A DNA stretch of 64,000 nt from Raillietiella orientalis. Taxonomy: Eukaryota. The translations under genes were made by a program, and so were the position numbers. A model generated the notes under the pieces. The model was not told the DNA's origin. It saw nothing but the letters and a program-made list of their open reading frames with translations, and did no database searches. The DNA lies in assembly GCA_036172245.1 (NCBI GenBank), contig JAYWIR010000005.1, positions 3,534,001 through 3,598,000 of the forward strand, written 5' to 3'. Shown here one piece after another: positions 9,701 through 19,675 of the stretch (position 1 is its first letter; each line of letters begins with the position of its first letter).

Positions 9701-11721
9701 TACTCCTGGGAAAGTGGCAATGGGGCTCCCGCCACCTGGTCGGGCGGGACGGATGGAGGAACGGGATCACCGCGCACCGGTTCTCCCTCCTCCATGGGGG
9801 CCGATTCCTCGGCGGACCGCAACGGTTGAAGGAAGCGGGTTCCACTCACCTGCTCCCCCTCTTCCATGGGGGCCGATTCGTCGGCTGCGTTGGACGGCAG
9901 GTGGGAGCGGTTGTCAGCTGTCTGCTCTCCCTCCTCCATGGCTATCTCCTGGACAGGTTCCACCGATGGGAGGGGGCGGCAATCACTCACCTTATCCCCC
10001 TCCTCCATGGGGGTCTCCAGTTGCTCGGTAGCGGAGGGTGGGAAAATCCCTCCCTCCGTTCCCACGCTGCCGGCTTCCCCCTCGGATGCCGGTGCGTCCC
10101 CCTCTTTCTTTGTCGGGATGCGCCTCTTGGGATTCTTGGACTTCCGTCCAGTCTTCTTCGGATGCGCCTCCGCGGAGGAGGACGCACTTCCAGCATCCGG
10201 TTCGTGGTCACCTGTCCGAGGTGCCTTGCTCGCGGCCGGCCTTCGCAAGGCCTTTCGCGCGCCGTTCTCACGCTCCGCGAGTTCGGCCGCGAGCTCTTCC
10301 GCCGCCTGCTGGAAGGCGGCGTCCTCGATTGCGGCGATCGCGTCGCTCGGCTCCCCCTCTGTTTGCACAGAGGGTTCGCCTTTTTCGATCGCGGCTTCGG
10401 CGTCAACGAGGCGGGAGATATCTCCCCCGGTGGAGGTCTCGGGGATCTCCACTCGCTCCAAAGCGACCGAACATTCGCGGAGCAACGCGCGGCGTTGTCT
10501 CGTATTTAAAGAAGATGTCGCGGGTTCCGCTGTCGGTTCTTCGGTTTTCTTTAATTTTTTACTTTTAGGCTTCGCCTTATGCCAGCCCTCGCTCTCTCCA
10601 GCGTCGTCGGGAGTACCCTCGACCGGCGCTTGCTGCACGGGTTCGGGCTCTGGCTGTGGGTTCCGCCTCTCGGGTGCCTCCTTAGGCTTGTCCGATCGCC
10701 CCGCGCGTTTCCCTTTGGCTTTTTTCAAAGCAGGGGGAGCCGGGGTTTCGCGTTTAGTACACACCCTCCGCAGGTGGCCCTTTTCGCCGCAGTGGAAGCA
10801 CTGGATGTGGGGGCATCGTTTTTTCAGGTGCCCTGTTGCATCACAGTGCCCACAGTACTTGGGCTTGCCCACGTACCAGACGTCGACGACCTCGTTGCCG
10901 ACGTTGAGTTTGTAGGGCAGCCCACCGTTTTCGTGGACCGTCACACGCGCTGCAGCCATGCCACTGAACAGTCTTCCGTATGTTTGGAAGACGTTGGGCT
11001 TGGTCCAGAGCGCGTGCACCGTACCATGTTTTTGTAACTCTTCCTGCACGCCAGCTTTGGTCATGCGCAGAGTTACACCCGTAAGGTGGGCAACAATGGA
11101 GCGGTCCTCCGTTACAGGGAAGACCTTTCGGCCTTCCAGAGTGATGGGAGTGTTCAGCAGGCGTTGAGCCAGACTTGCATTTTTGCACGTCAGCTCCACC
11201 CGCTGGCCCCCACTCATCACGGAGAGACCTTCCAGGTCTTCCTCTTTAACATCCAATCGCTGTAACTCCCTTTCAAAGTTACGAGCGGTGTTCCCAACAA
11301 ACAGATTGCCTACCTTGTATATCAAGGACGGCTTGTATCCCTGCTCCAGGTAGGCTTTCTGCAAGGCGAATGCTGCAGGAGATGGGGCTGCAGCCACTGA
11401 ACTCCAGGTCTTCGGCGATGCCGAAGACGCATTCGAGGGTGCAGGTGCCCCCTTTTTCAAGGAGGCGGTTGCGCCCTTTTCCAGGGTTGCGGTTGTCCCC
11501 TTTTTCAAGGGGGCGGTTGCACCCTGTTCCAGAGGGGCTTTTGTTCCCTTTTTCAAGGGGGTCTTTGCCCTCGCTTCCGAGGCGGCGGTTGCCCCCTTTT
11601 TCAGGGGTGCGGCGGCCATCGCCTCCGTGGGGGCGGTTGCCCCCACCTCCGTGGGTTGGGGAGAGGAGCGAGCCTCTCCTTCTCCTATATCCATCGCGGT
11701 CTCCTCAGGCATTTCTGCCAT
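9700..11721 (-). CDS. B1 ORF1, intact gag-like protein (~673 aa) with two CCHC knuckles
   Basis: Open frame MAEMPEET...LSQE*; CGHCDATGHLKKRC and CFHCGEKGHLRRVC. Confidence 0.9.
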   Translation of the reverse strand: MAEMPEETAMDIGEGEARSSPQPTEVGATAPTEAMAAAPLKKGATAASEARAKTPLKKGTKAPLEQGATAPLKKGTTATLEKGATASLKKGAPAPSNASSASPKTWSSVAAAPSPAAFALQKAYLEQGYKPSLIYKVGNLFVGNTARNFERELQRLDVKEEDLEGLSVMSGGQRVELTCKNASLAQRLLNTPITLEGRKVFPVTEDRSIVAHLTGVTLRMTKAGVQEELQKHGTVHALWTKPNVFQTYGRLFSGMAAARVTVHENGGLPYKLNVGNEVVDVWYVGKPKYCGHCDATGHLKKRCPHIQCFHCGEKGHLRRVCTKRETPAPPALKKAKGKRAGRSDKPKEAPERRNPQPEPEPVQQAPVEGTPDDAGESEGWHKAKPKSKKLKKTEEPTAEPATSSLNTRQRRALLRECSVALERVEIPETSTGGDISRLVDAEAAIEKGEPSVQTEGEPSDAIAAIEDAAFQQAAEELAAELAERENGARKALRRPAASKAPRTGDHEPDAGSASSSAEAHPKKTGRKSKNPKRRIPTKKEGDAPASEGEAGSVGTEGGIFPPSATEQLETPMEEGDKVSDCRPLPSVEPVQEIAMEEGEQTADNRSHLPSNAADESAPMEEGEQVSGTRFLQPLRSAEESAPMEEGEPVRGDPVPPSVPPDQVAGAPLPLSQE
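11445..11645 (-). repeat. 33-bp coding tandem repeat in B1 ORF1 (PLKKGATAx, ~5-6 units)
   Basis: Repeated GCCCCTTTTTTCAAGGG-like units. Confidence 0.85.
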
Positions 11722-14174
11722 TGGACACCGCAGATGCTCCACACACAAACACAAAAGAAACCAAACGCTTTAAACCAGGCGCGGAGGAGCGCTACAAAAA
11801 CACGTCCGCACGCCAAGTTGATAGCCAAGATGTGAGCAGAGCGTCTGGGACGGGTTGCCAACATCTTCATCCGCCCGAAACAGACATATGCTGTTCCCGG
11901 GCGAAGCATGGAGACGAACCTGTTGTACGCTTCCACCTGGCTAGAGCTCCAACATGAAAGGAGCTTGCTGCGCAGCCGGAATTCTGGTGCGTGCGCCGGC
12001 AAGGGGTTGGACGGTCGGGTGGGGGAGGGAGCTTTTGTGGTCGCAATCGACTTGCGAAAAGCATTCGATTGCGTCGACCAGAATTTCCTTCTGGAGCTTC
12101 TGGAACGCTTGGGCTTCCCGACCTCATTAGTAACCTATCTGCGCTCCTGCTGGCGCGACGCGCTCATGCATGTTACTTTCAGCGGGCAGACCGTGCACAA
12201 CGTGCCGGTGCGGCGTGGGAACCGGCAGGGAGACAGCCTGAGCCCCTTGCTCTTCAGTACCTACTTTGAGTTGGTACTGAGAGCGTATAGGGGAATTATG
12301 GCGCACCTGCCGCACGACTGTGCCGGTACGCCGGCCGTTTCAGCATACGCGGACGACCTTCTGCTGCTGCTCCCTATGTCCACCTTGGCTGCGGCGGTCG
12401 AGTAGTTCATTGACCTGCTGCATTGGGGAACCGGACTTACGGTGAACAGGGCGAAGCCGTCCGTGATGCCAGTTGGTACGGCGTGGGCAGGGCAGCTGGA
12501 CTGGGTCCGTTTGGGGATCCCCACGGTAAGGTACCTCAAGTACCTTGATGTACCGTTGGGGGACTACTCCCCTGCGGAAGCGTGGTCCGGCTGCCTTCAA
12601 AAAGTAGAGACGGCGATCGGCCCGTTCCGAGGCGGCAGGTTTTTCCTGCCTGAACGGGCCACGGTTTGGAACACTTTCGCGGCTTCTCTTCTCCGCTTCC
12701 TGCTTTTTACTTGCCTTCCCACAGAGAGAATTAAAAAGCGGACAAAGGACGACCTCCGTATCGGCCTTTGGGGCAACGGGAGGGCCCGATTCCGCTTAAA
12801 GGACTTGTGCGCTCCTCGTCGGGATTGTGGTCTGTGCCTCCTGACGCTGGAGCGGCTGGAGCTTCAGCTCCAGTTCCGCTTGTCGGCACTCGTTCCAGAG
12901 TTGTGGTGCACCTGTTGGTGCGTCCCTGCACGTCTCCTCCTTCAGCAAACCACCGGCAACACGGGACTGACGTCGTTTCTTTCACTCCGTCGCCGCGTCA
13001 ACCGAAGCGGACTCCAGCTACGGAGGGAGGCTGCGCTGTATCGCAAAAACCCAGGATTGCTCACCAGTCGGCCTTTGAACGGTGGTGCCTGGTGGCAGAA
13101 AACCGTTCGAAAGTGGAAACAGTTCGGCATGCAACGCTCCCAACAGGAACGAAGGTTCCTGTTTGGTAGTTACAGAAGTTGCACGCTCCGCGTGATCCTT
13201 AAGGATCCAAAGAAGAGAGCGTGGGCAGGAAGAACCCCCCTTGCTGCTGCGCTGCTCTCCCTGAGGAAGATCTGGACAGCGACGTTGCGGCGAAGTGGGA
13301 GGTTTGAGTTACAATCTCTGGAAAGGAGAAGAAGATAGGAAAGTGGAAGACGGGCCAGTTAACTGACGCTGGGTCCCCGAGTACGCCTCCCAATGGACTT
13401 CTGCGCTGGGGCGCGCTGCTCGATGTTCCTATTGAAGATCTGAAGTGGCCCCCGGTGCTCATTAAAACTTCCGCCCTTATCTTAAAATGGCAGGAGTCGG
13501 CTCTCCTGTTGCAGCACTGAAGACTCCCTTGCAACATTCGCCGACACCACTGGACCTGGGGAGCGGTGGACCCCAATTGCGTCAGGTGTGGGGAACGGGA
13601 GTCCCACCCCTAGTTTCTAGTGGATTGTGTTGTCCTTCGGTCCTTTTGGTTTCGCTTTGCCGCCGCCATCGGAATCCCCTGCGGCAACCCCAGGGACGCA
13701 CTGAAATCCCTCTTCGTTGCCGACGCCCTTCGGCCAGCGGCCTCGTTAGCAGCTTTGTGCTGCCTACGCGGGATCTTCACCGCTTGGAGCAAGGCTACGG
13801 GCGGACCACACGAACAGGGTGCCACTCAGCCTGCTTCCCAGTTCCTCAGGAGGGCGTCGCGATGGCCCCACCCTGATCCAAGCATGCAGCAAGAGCTTGC
13901 CGTCATCCTGCAAAGGATGGAACGGCCCCACCAGCAACTGTGATACCTTCCCTTACCATCCCAACTTTTCTTTTCTTTTTTGTTTTGTTTTTTGTTTTTT
14001 CCCCCTTTCCCCTGCTGCCGTGGTGGAGCGCACCGGTCTGCGAATCGGTGACCCGGCAGGCTCTGTGTTAGTTCGTGCGTGGCTGGAGCAATGGTCCAGA
14101 AACTCCACGTCTTTGTAAATGTTTTTTTTACGATAGACGCTTCGACGAAATCCGGGTAAAAATCAAACGCCTAG

Positions 14175-17100
14175 CGTGCTCCAGGGTGGACGCGTTTTCT
14201 CGGTGCTCCTCGTGCCAGGAAGTCTCCCCCAGTGCAAGCGTAGTGTGGTTCGGTGGTCGATCAGGCAGCGATGCCTGACGCGACCACCAGGGATGGCCAG
14301 GGGGCAGCGGAAACGCCGCCCCCAGAGGCGATGGAGAGCCAGGGGGCGGCGGCAACGTCACCCTTAGAAGCGATGGAGGTGGGGGCATCCGCCTTCACGG
14401 AATCGGTCCCCGCTGCAGCGCGGGCGTGGAGCGCCGTTGTGTCGGCGCCATCGCCTGCAGCCGCGGCGGAATTGTCGGCCTATGTGGAGGAGGGGTACAA
14501 CCCCTCATTGTTCTACAAGGTAGGCAATTTATATTCTTTAGAGAGCGCGCGCGCCTTCTCGAAGGACATGCGCGCTCTCGATGTGAAAGAGCAGGAGCTC
14601 AGCGCTATGACCATCCGCAGCGGGGTCTGTACGTTGAGGTCATCTGCAAACAAGCAGAGCTGGCCCAACGACTGCTTAAAACCCCCGTGGTGATGGGGAC
14701 GCGCAGGCTCCTCCCTACTACGGCGGACCGCAGCATGGTGGTCCACCTGTTAAGTGTTACCGTGCGGATGCGCAAGGAACAGGTTCGCGCCGGGTTGGAA
14801 GAATACGGAACGGTCCATGAGCACTGGACAACAGTTAGTCCTTTCGAGGACTACACGAGGCTGCAACACGGCCTCACTGCTGCGCGCGTGACCGTTCGGG
14901 AGGGCTGCACTCTTCCCCACAAACTGGTGGTCGAAGGCGAAACCGTCGACCTGTGGTATGTGGGGAAGCCGAAAGACTGTTTCTTCTGCAATACGTCGGG
15001 CTACCTCAAAAAGAGATGTCCTAATGTGCAGTGCCAAGTATGCGGAACCATGGGTCACACGAGGGAGGTGTGCCGTAAAGCAGCAGTGCGGCTGGTTCCC
15101 AAGAGAAACCTTAAAAACCGTGCCGGCTTCTGCAGAAAAGGCTGACTGCGAAAGCTGCCGCGAAGGCTGTGCCACCCGCGCCCAAGGCCCAGGCCGCACC
15201 CGAGACCCCGGCGAACAACGCCGAAAAAGTCAAGGGAACAAGCCAGGAGCCTGGGTGGCAGGTGGCTACTGCCAAAAAATGAAAGAAGAGGAGGATGGAG
15301 AAAAACCTCGCGTACCGCCAGAAATACAGCAGGCAAGCGAGCAAATTAAACAATGCAGCGTTGTTGTCGAGCGTATTCCCGACCGCTGCGTAAAAGAACT
15401 CGCCGCTACCGACGACAATCCCTCTGTTGACTCAGTCAACAGCGAGGGGAGCGAGCCGGCGGCGGCGTCCGTCATCGACACCAGCATCGATGACGTAGCC
15501 TTCGCGCGAGCCGCGGAGGAGCTGGCAGCCTCGTTGCAGCCAGAACCCTCCAAGGCTGGCAAAAAGGCCGTAAGGCGTCCGGACTCCCCTCAGGAGTCCC
15601 TCAATTCCGACCCCGAGGTGGAGGCCGGAAGCGCAGCCTCAGTTTCCACGGCACCGCGCAAGAAGGCTGGACGTAAGTCCACAAAGCCAAGGAAGCTCGT
15701 CTCCCCCGTCGAAGGGGAAGAGATGGCTTCCGCAAGCGAGGGTGCCATGAGCGTGGGAAACTCTCGGGACCCGTCGCCCGAGAAACTCCCACGCGCAGAC
15801 ACGGAGGGGATGGAGGGGGTGGAGGCCGAACAGGTGCCTCAGGTGCCTGAGAAGGCCGAAACCCCCATGGACATCCCGCCTGCCTCGCAAGAGGAGGGCT
15901 CCCCCACACCTTAATCTTCCCAGCAGTAATGCCGGGAATCTCCTCCCGCCGTCGTCTGCGCATCGCCGTTTGGAACGTGAACGGCATGACAGACGCCGGC
16001 AGGAGACGAGACATGGCCGCCCTTCTGGAGTCCAAGGACCTTACGCTGCTGCAGGAGATCCACGTGATCTCAGCAAAACAAGCGCAAGAGATTTCTTACC
16101 CGGTCACGCCGGGGCGTTTCTTCCATATAACGTAACCAAAAAATGCAATTATACAAAATAAACCAGTTGTGTACCAAACTCCCAACTGACGACTGAACAA
16201 GAATGAAGAGAATATTGCTGGCACGCAGGCCAAAGTAGCAGTTTTGTGAACGGTGTGGGGGTGGCGGGGAACACAAAGAAACCAAATTAAAATAAAAACA
16301 ATGAATAAGGGCGACGGGGTAAAGGTCTTTGGGATCGCTCTGGAAGAAACGGGGATAAAAGCATGGGCACGGGAAATTTTACCGAGCGAACGGGGACGGG
16401 GTATGGGTGGGCGAGAGGTCGCAGGGGTCACCGGATTGTGCCGGTCTCAAAGGTGTGTAAACCGGCGATGTATGCCGGTGATGTCCTCATTCACCTTGTC
16501 ACAAACATGAGACCACCTTGAAGCCTTCTCCATGAATTGAGCTGCAAGCAGGTGAGCCTATGTTCGCTGCGCTGACAACTCCTGGGCGTAGCGGGCCTTC
16601 ACGATGGCGCGAACGCAACACATGGTTGCGGCAATCGCGCCAACCGAAAGTCCATTTCTGCTGAAGAAGCGTTGCAGCACATCAATGGCAGTGCCTTCTT
16701 GTGGCATGATGGCCTAAGTGAGCTTTCGCCACAGTTCCCGGAGGTCACCGCAGTCCAGCAAAAGGTGCGGAAAAGACTCCATCTCTCCGCACCTTAAACA
16801 GTTTGGCAAAGCGGCTGCCCCGGAAACGATTCTTCGCTGCCTATTACAGTGTAATGTACGATGTAAAAAGAGCAGCACATCTTGTTTCCACTTAAGGGGG
16901 AACACGGAGCTGTCCAAACTAACGGGGGGAACCACTATGTCTCCAAGGGGCACACTTAAATGTTCGCTTCACCGAAGCAGGCCCTTCGCCCGATTCCGAG
17001 GTAAGGCGGCTTGCACCAGCTCCTTTGTCGTCCAGTTGCCGAGGAGCTTACTGACTCCCGGTATTTTGCAGGAGAACTCCCATTCCGCCGGTAGGAAACC

Positions 17101-19675
17101 GTCGTTGCTTGCCCTGAGGGCAGACAGCGCTGCGGCGAGTGGTGTGGCGGCCAGACGATCCGACAACTTCTTGTCCTGCATGACTTCGTCCATTTGATGA
17201 CTGAGGAGAAGTCGCAGTCGTCGAAGATCTTCCGGGCGCGTTCCTTCGGAAGCTTCCCACGATGGAAAAGATTCCTGCCGCCATAGATTAATGTTGATGG
17301 GGCGGCAGGAGATCCAGCTTTGGGCTTCCAGCAGTGAGGACAGCTGCCTCAGCGGGAAGCCAAACCCTATTCTGGTGTGCCGAATGTGGGGTAGCAACGA
17401 AATCAGTCCCTCGCTTTCCGTGCAGCGCCTCAGTATAAGGCGTGCGGGTAAGCACCACGGCGTACACCACAGCTTGGCACAGAGCCGCAGCATGCGAAAC
17501 TGCACCTGCAGTTCGATGCTGTTTAAGTCGAGGATGCCCAAACCTGCATCCTGACGCGGCGCCACCAAGTCTTGAAGTCTAACACGGGATCTTGCAGCGC
17601 CCCACAACGCTTTGCGTAGAAGGCGCTGCGCCCAGACTTTGACTTCCTGGGGGGGTGGACAAACAAAAAACAGGGGGCGGAGGAGGGGGGCAACGAAGGT
17701 GTTCCAGATGCAGGCCCGTTCCGGCAAGACGAACTCGCCTCCTGAAAACGGGCCAAGTACACGCTCTGCCTTCCGAAGGCAGTCCGACCACGCTTCTGAG
17801 ATGCAGAAGTCGCCCAACGGCACTGCAAGGTACCTGAGGTACCTGCCCGTGGGGATCCCCAGGTCGATCCAGTCGGACTGCCCCTCCCACGTCGCACCCA
17901 CCGGAACAACCATACACTTACTCCTGTTAACGCTCACGCCCGCACCGCGACGAATCAACTCAAAGAAGTCTTCAAGCGATGTCGCCGGGATAGACATGGG
18001 TAACAGGAGAAGCAGGTCGTCGGCATAGGCTGCCACGGCCGGCATACCTAAACAGGAGCTCGGCAGGCTGGCTAGCGTCAGCCTGTATGCCTCCAGCACC
18101 AATTCAAAATAGATGCTGAAGAGCAGCGTGCTTAAGCTATCACCCTGCCTAATTCCTCGTCGTTCCGGTACGCCGTACACGCGACAGCCACTGAAAACAA
18201 TATATGTAATCGCGTGGCGCCAGCAGGAGGGCAAGTACGCCAACAGGGATGCCGGAAGACCCAGACATTCCAAAAGCGCAAGAAGAAGCTTTTGGTTCAC
18301 GCAATCGAAAGCTTTGTGCAAATCGACTGCAACCGCCAAGGCTCTTGGTGTCTCTTCTTTGCGTCCCGCGCCTCCGTCGGTGAGAGATCGAAGGCGTCGA
18401 TTCCGCACGACGATCCACCGCCACACGATGCTGCTATTGCAGCTATGTGCGGATGAACAAGAAATTCGCGTCCATGGACCGCCCAGGAATAGCGTACGTC
18501 TGCTTCAAGCTTACCAAGGATTCCTTGATTCTACCCATCCGCGCCACCCAAAGTTTCGATAACAACTTGACGTCCGAATTCACTAATGTGATCGAACGCC
18601 AGTTGTTCAGTTGGCGGAAATCTCCGATTTTCGGCAGTAGACGCAACTGCGCTTATCGAAACGAGGCGGGGACATCGCCCGAGTCTCCCATCAGCGACGA
18701 GATTTAAAGCATCAGGGGGATGAGCTCCACCGCAAAACACTGGAAGAATTGCGCGGGGAGCCCATCTTCGCCTGGCGCTTTTCGTCTATTGAGCCCCGAG
18801 ATGGAAGAGGAAATTTCCTCTGCCGTGAAGGGCTCATCAAGACGCGCGCGTTCCTCCTCGTGCACAACAGGTGCATCAATCGGCAACAACAACCGAAAGA
18901 GGCTGCGTTCCGTCGGTGCCTCTGCATACAGAGAAGAGTAATATCGCCTGACTATCCGTCGCACGTCGGCTGCAAATGCAGCTATGTGCGGATGAAGGAA
19001 CGCAGGAGATCGAACGGATCTCCGGAGGGCGGCTATCTTACAGGTGTGGGAGAGCGAAAAGTTGCGGTGTCGCCTACCTGCTTCGGCCAGCCGTCGAGGC
19101 CACGGCTCGGGGCGTGCGGTTCGACGATCACGTTCGTGCCGGCCAGCTGACTCTCAGTTGGTCCGACTCGATCGTTCTGATCGTCACGAACGTGTACGCA
19201 CCGAGCGGCGAAAACCTGAAGACCAGGAGAGCGAGGAAAGAGTTTTTCCTTGCCCTCCGGCGAGACTGGCTGACCAAAGCAGGCGTGCGGAATGCCCATC
19301 TGGTAGCAGGCGATTTCAACGTTCGCCTGAAACCAGATGGGCAGAATCCCGAGCGTGACCTGGTAAACGAGGTGCGCATGGCAGTGCACACCTGTAATCT
19401 GTTGGCCAGTGCACCGAGGATGGAAGACAGCATTGACCACGTGTTTCTTGACGAGAATCTGTGCCCTCGCGTGGGCAGGCGCGGCAAGTTACCGTGCGAT
19501 CTGTCCGACCATCGCCCGCTAGTCCTCGAGATCCATCCGCGCGACAGGGGCCCCCCCTCGTCAGCGTGCCGTCTCCCAGGGGACTGGAGCGGTGGCTGGA
19601 GCAATGGTCCAGCCACCGCACGTCTTTGTAAATGTTTATTATACAATAAACGCCCCGGCGGAATCCGGGTGAAAA
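14175..19675 (+). mobile_element. Element A2, head-to-tail with A1; interrupted by E; lacks the whole RT (deleted from the EN end to the 3'UTR)
   Basis: 5' GGACGCG at 14188; disrupted ORF1 14271-15929; EN at 15929-16092 and 19011-19587; terminus CCGGGTGAAAA; downstream flank TCGAACACCTTG at 19676-19687. Confidence 0.88.
16093..19000 (-). mobile_element. 5'-truncated element E (RT + C-terminal region), antisense inside the A2 endonuclease
   Basis: KAPGEDG, DLHKAFD, QGDSLS, YADD, CLRCGE, stop at 16447-16449; terminus CCGGGTAAGAA; TSD CGCAAGAGAT (16083-16092) / CGCAGGAGAT (19001-19010). Confidence 0.9.

Larger units (their letters stand above)
3979..11809 (-). mobile_element. Full-length element B1, antisense inside the A1 RT; interrupted by C1
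   Basis: 5' TGCGGACGTGTTTTT at ~11809; intact ORF1; ORF2 at 9700-9511 and 7582-4185; 3' terminus CCGGGTGGCAA at 3989-3979; perfect TSD. Confidence 0.93.
2520..13943 (+). pseudogene. A1 ORF2 (APE endonuclease + RT + C-terminal Cys/His finger), split into 2520-3978 and 11825-13943, with stops and frameshifts
   Basis: WNVNG, LQE, NVYAP, GDFN, IDH, SDH (APE); KAPGEDG, LLPKGGD, DLRKAFD, RQGDSLSP, YADD, KYL (RT); CVRCGERE. Confidence 0.9.
748..14162 (+). mobile_element. Full-length L1/Tx1-like element A1, interrupted by B1 (3979-11809)
   Basis: 5' GGACGTG at 761; ORF1 and ORF2 present; ORF2 resumes exactly after the 15-bp TSD at 11810-11824; 3' terminus CCGGGTAAAAA at 14152-14162; flanked by diverged TSD TTGAACGCCTTG (736-747) / TCAAACGCCTAG (14163-14174). 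Confidence 0.9.

Noticed and set aside
9700..9716. Canonical -1 frameshift site (TTTCCCA) at the ORF1/ORF2 junction
   Set aside because: The heptamer is not in the X XXY YYZ phase of ORF1, and other families have CTTCCCA
14015..14100. HDV-like ribozyme or pseudoknot in the 3'UTR
   Set aside because: The GCAG that could pair with the loop is better explained as part of the outer stem, and I could not fit the nested double pseudoknot. An Infernal search would settle it
748..14162. LTRs or terminal inverted repeats
   Set aside because: The repeated ends are separate copies' UTRs; no integrase, protease or transposase is seen
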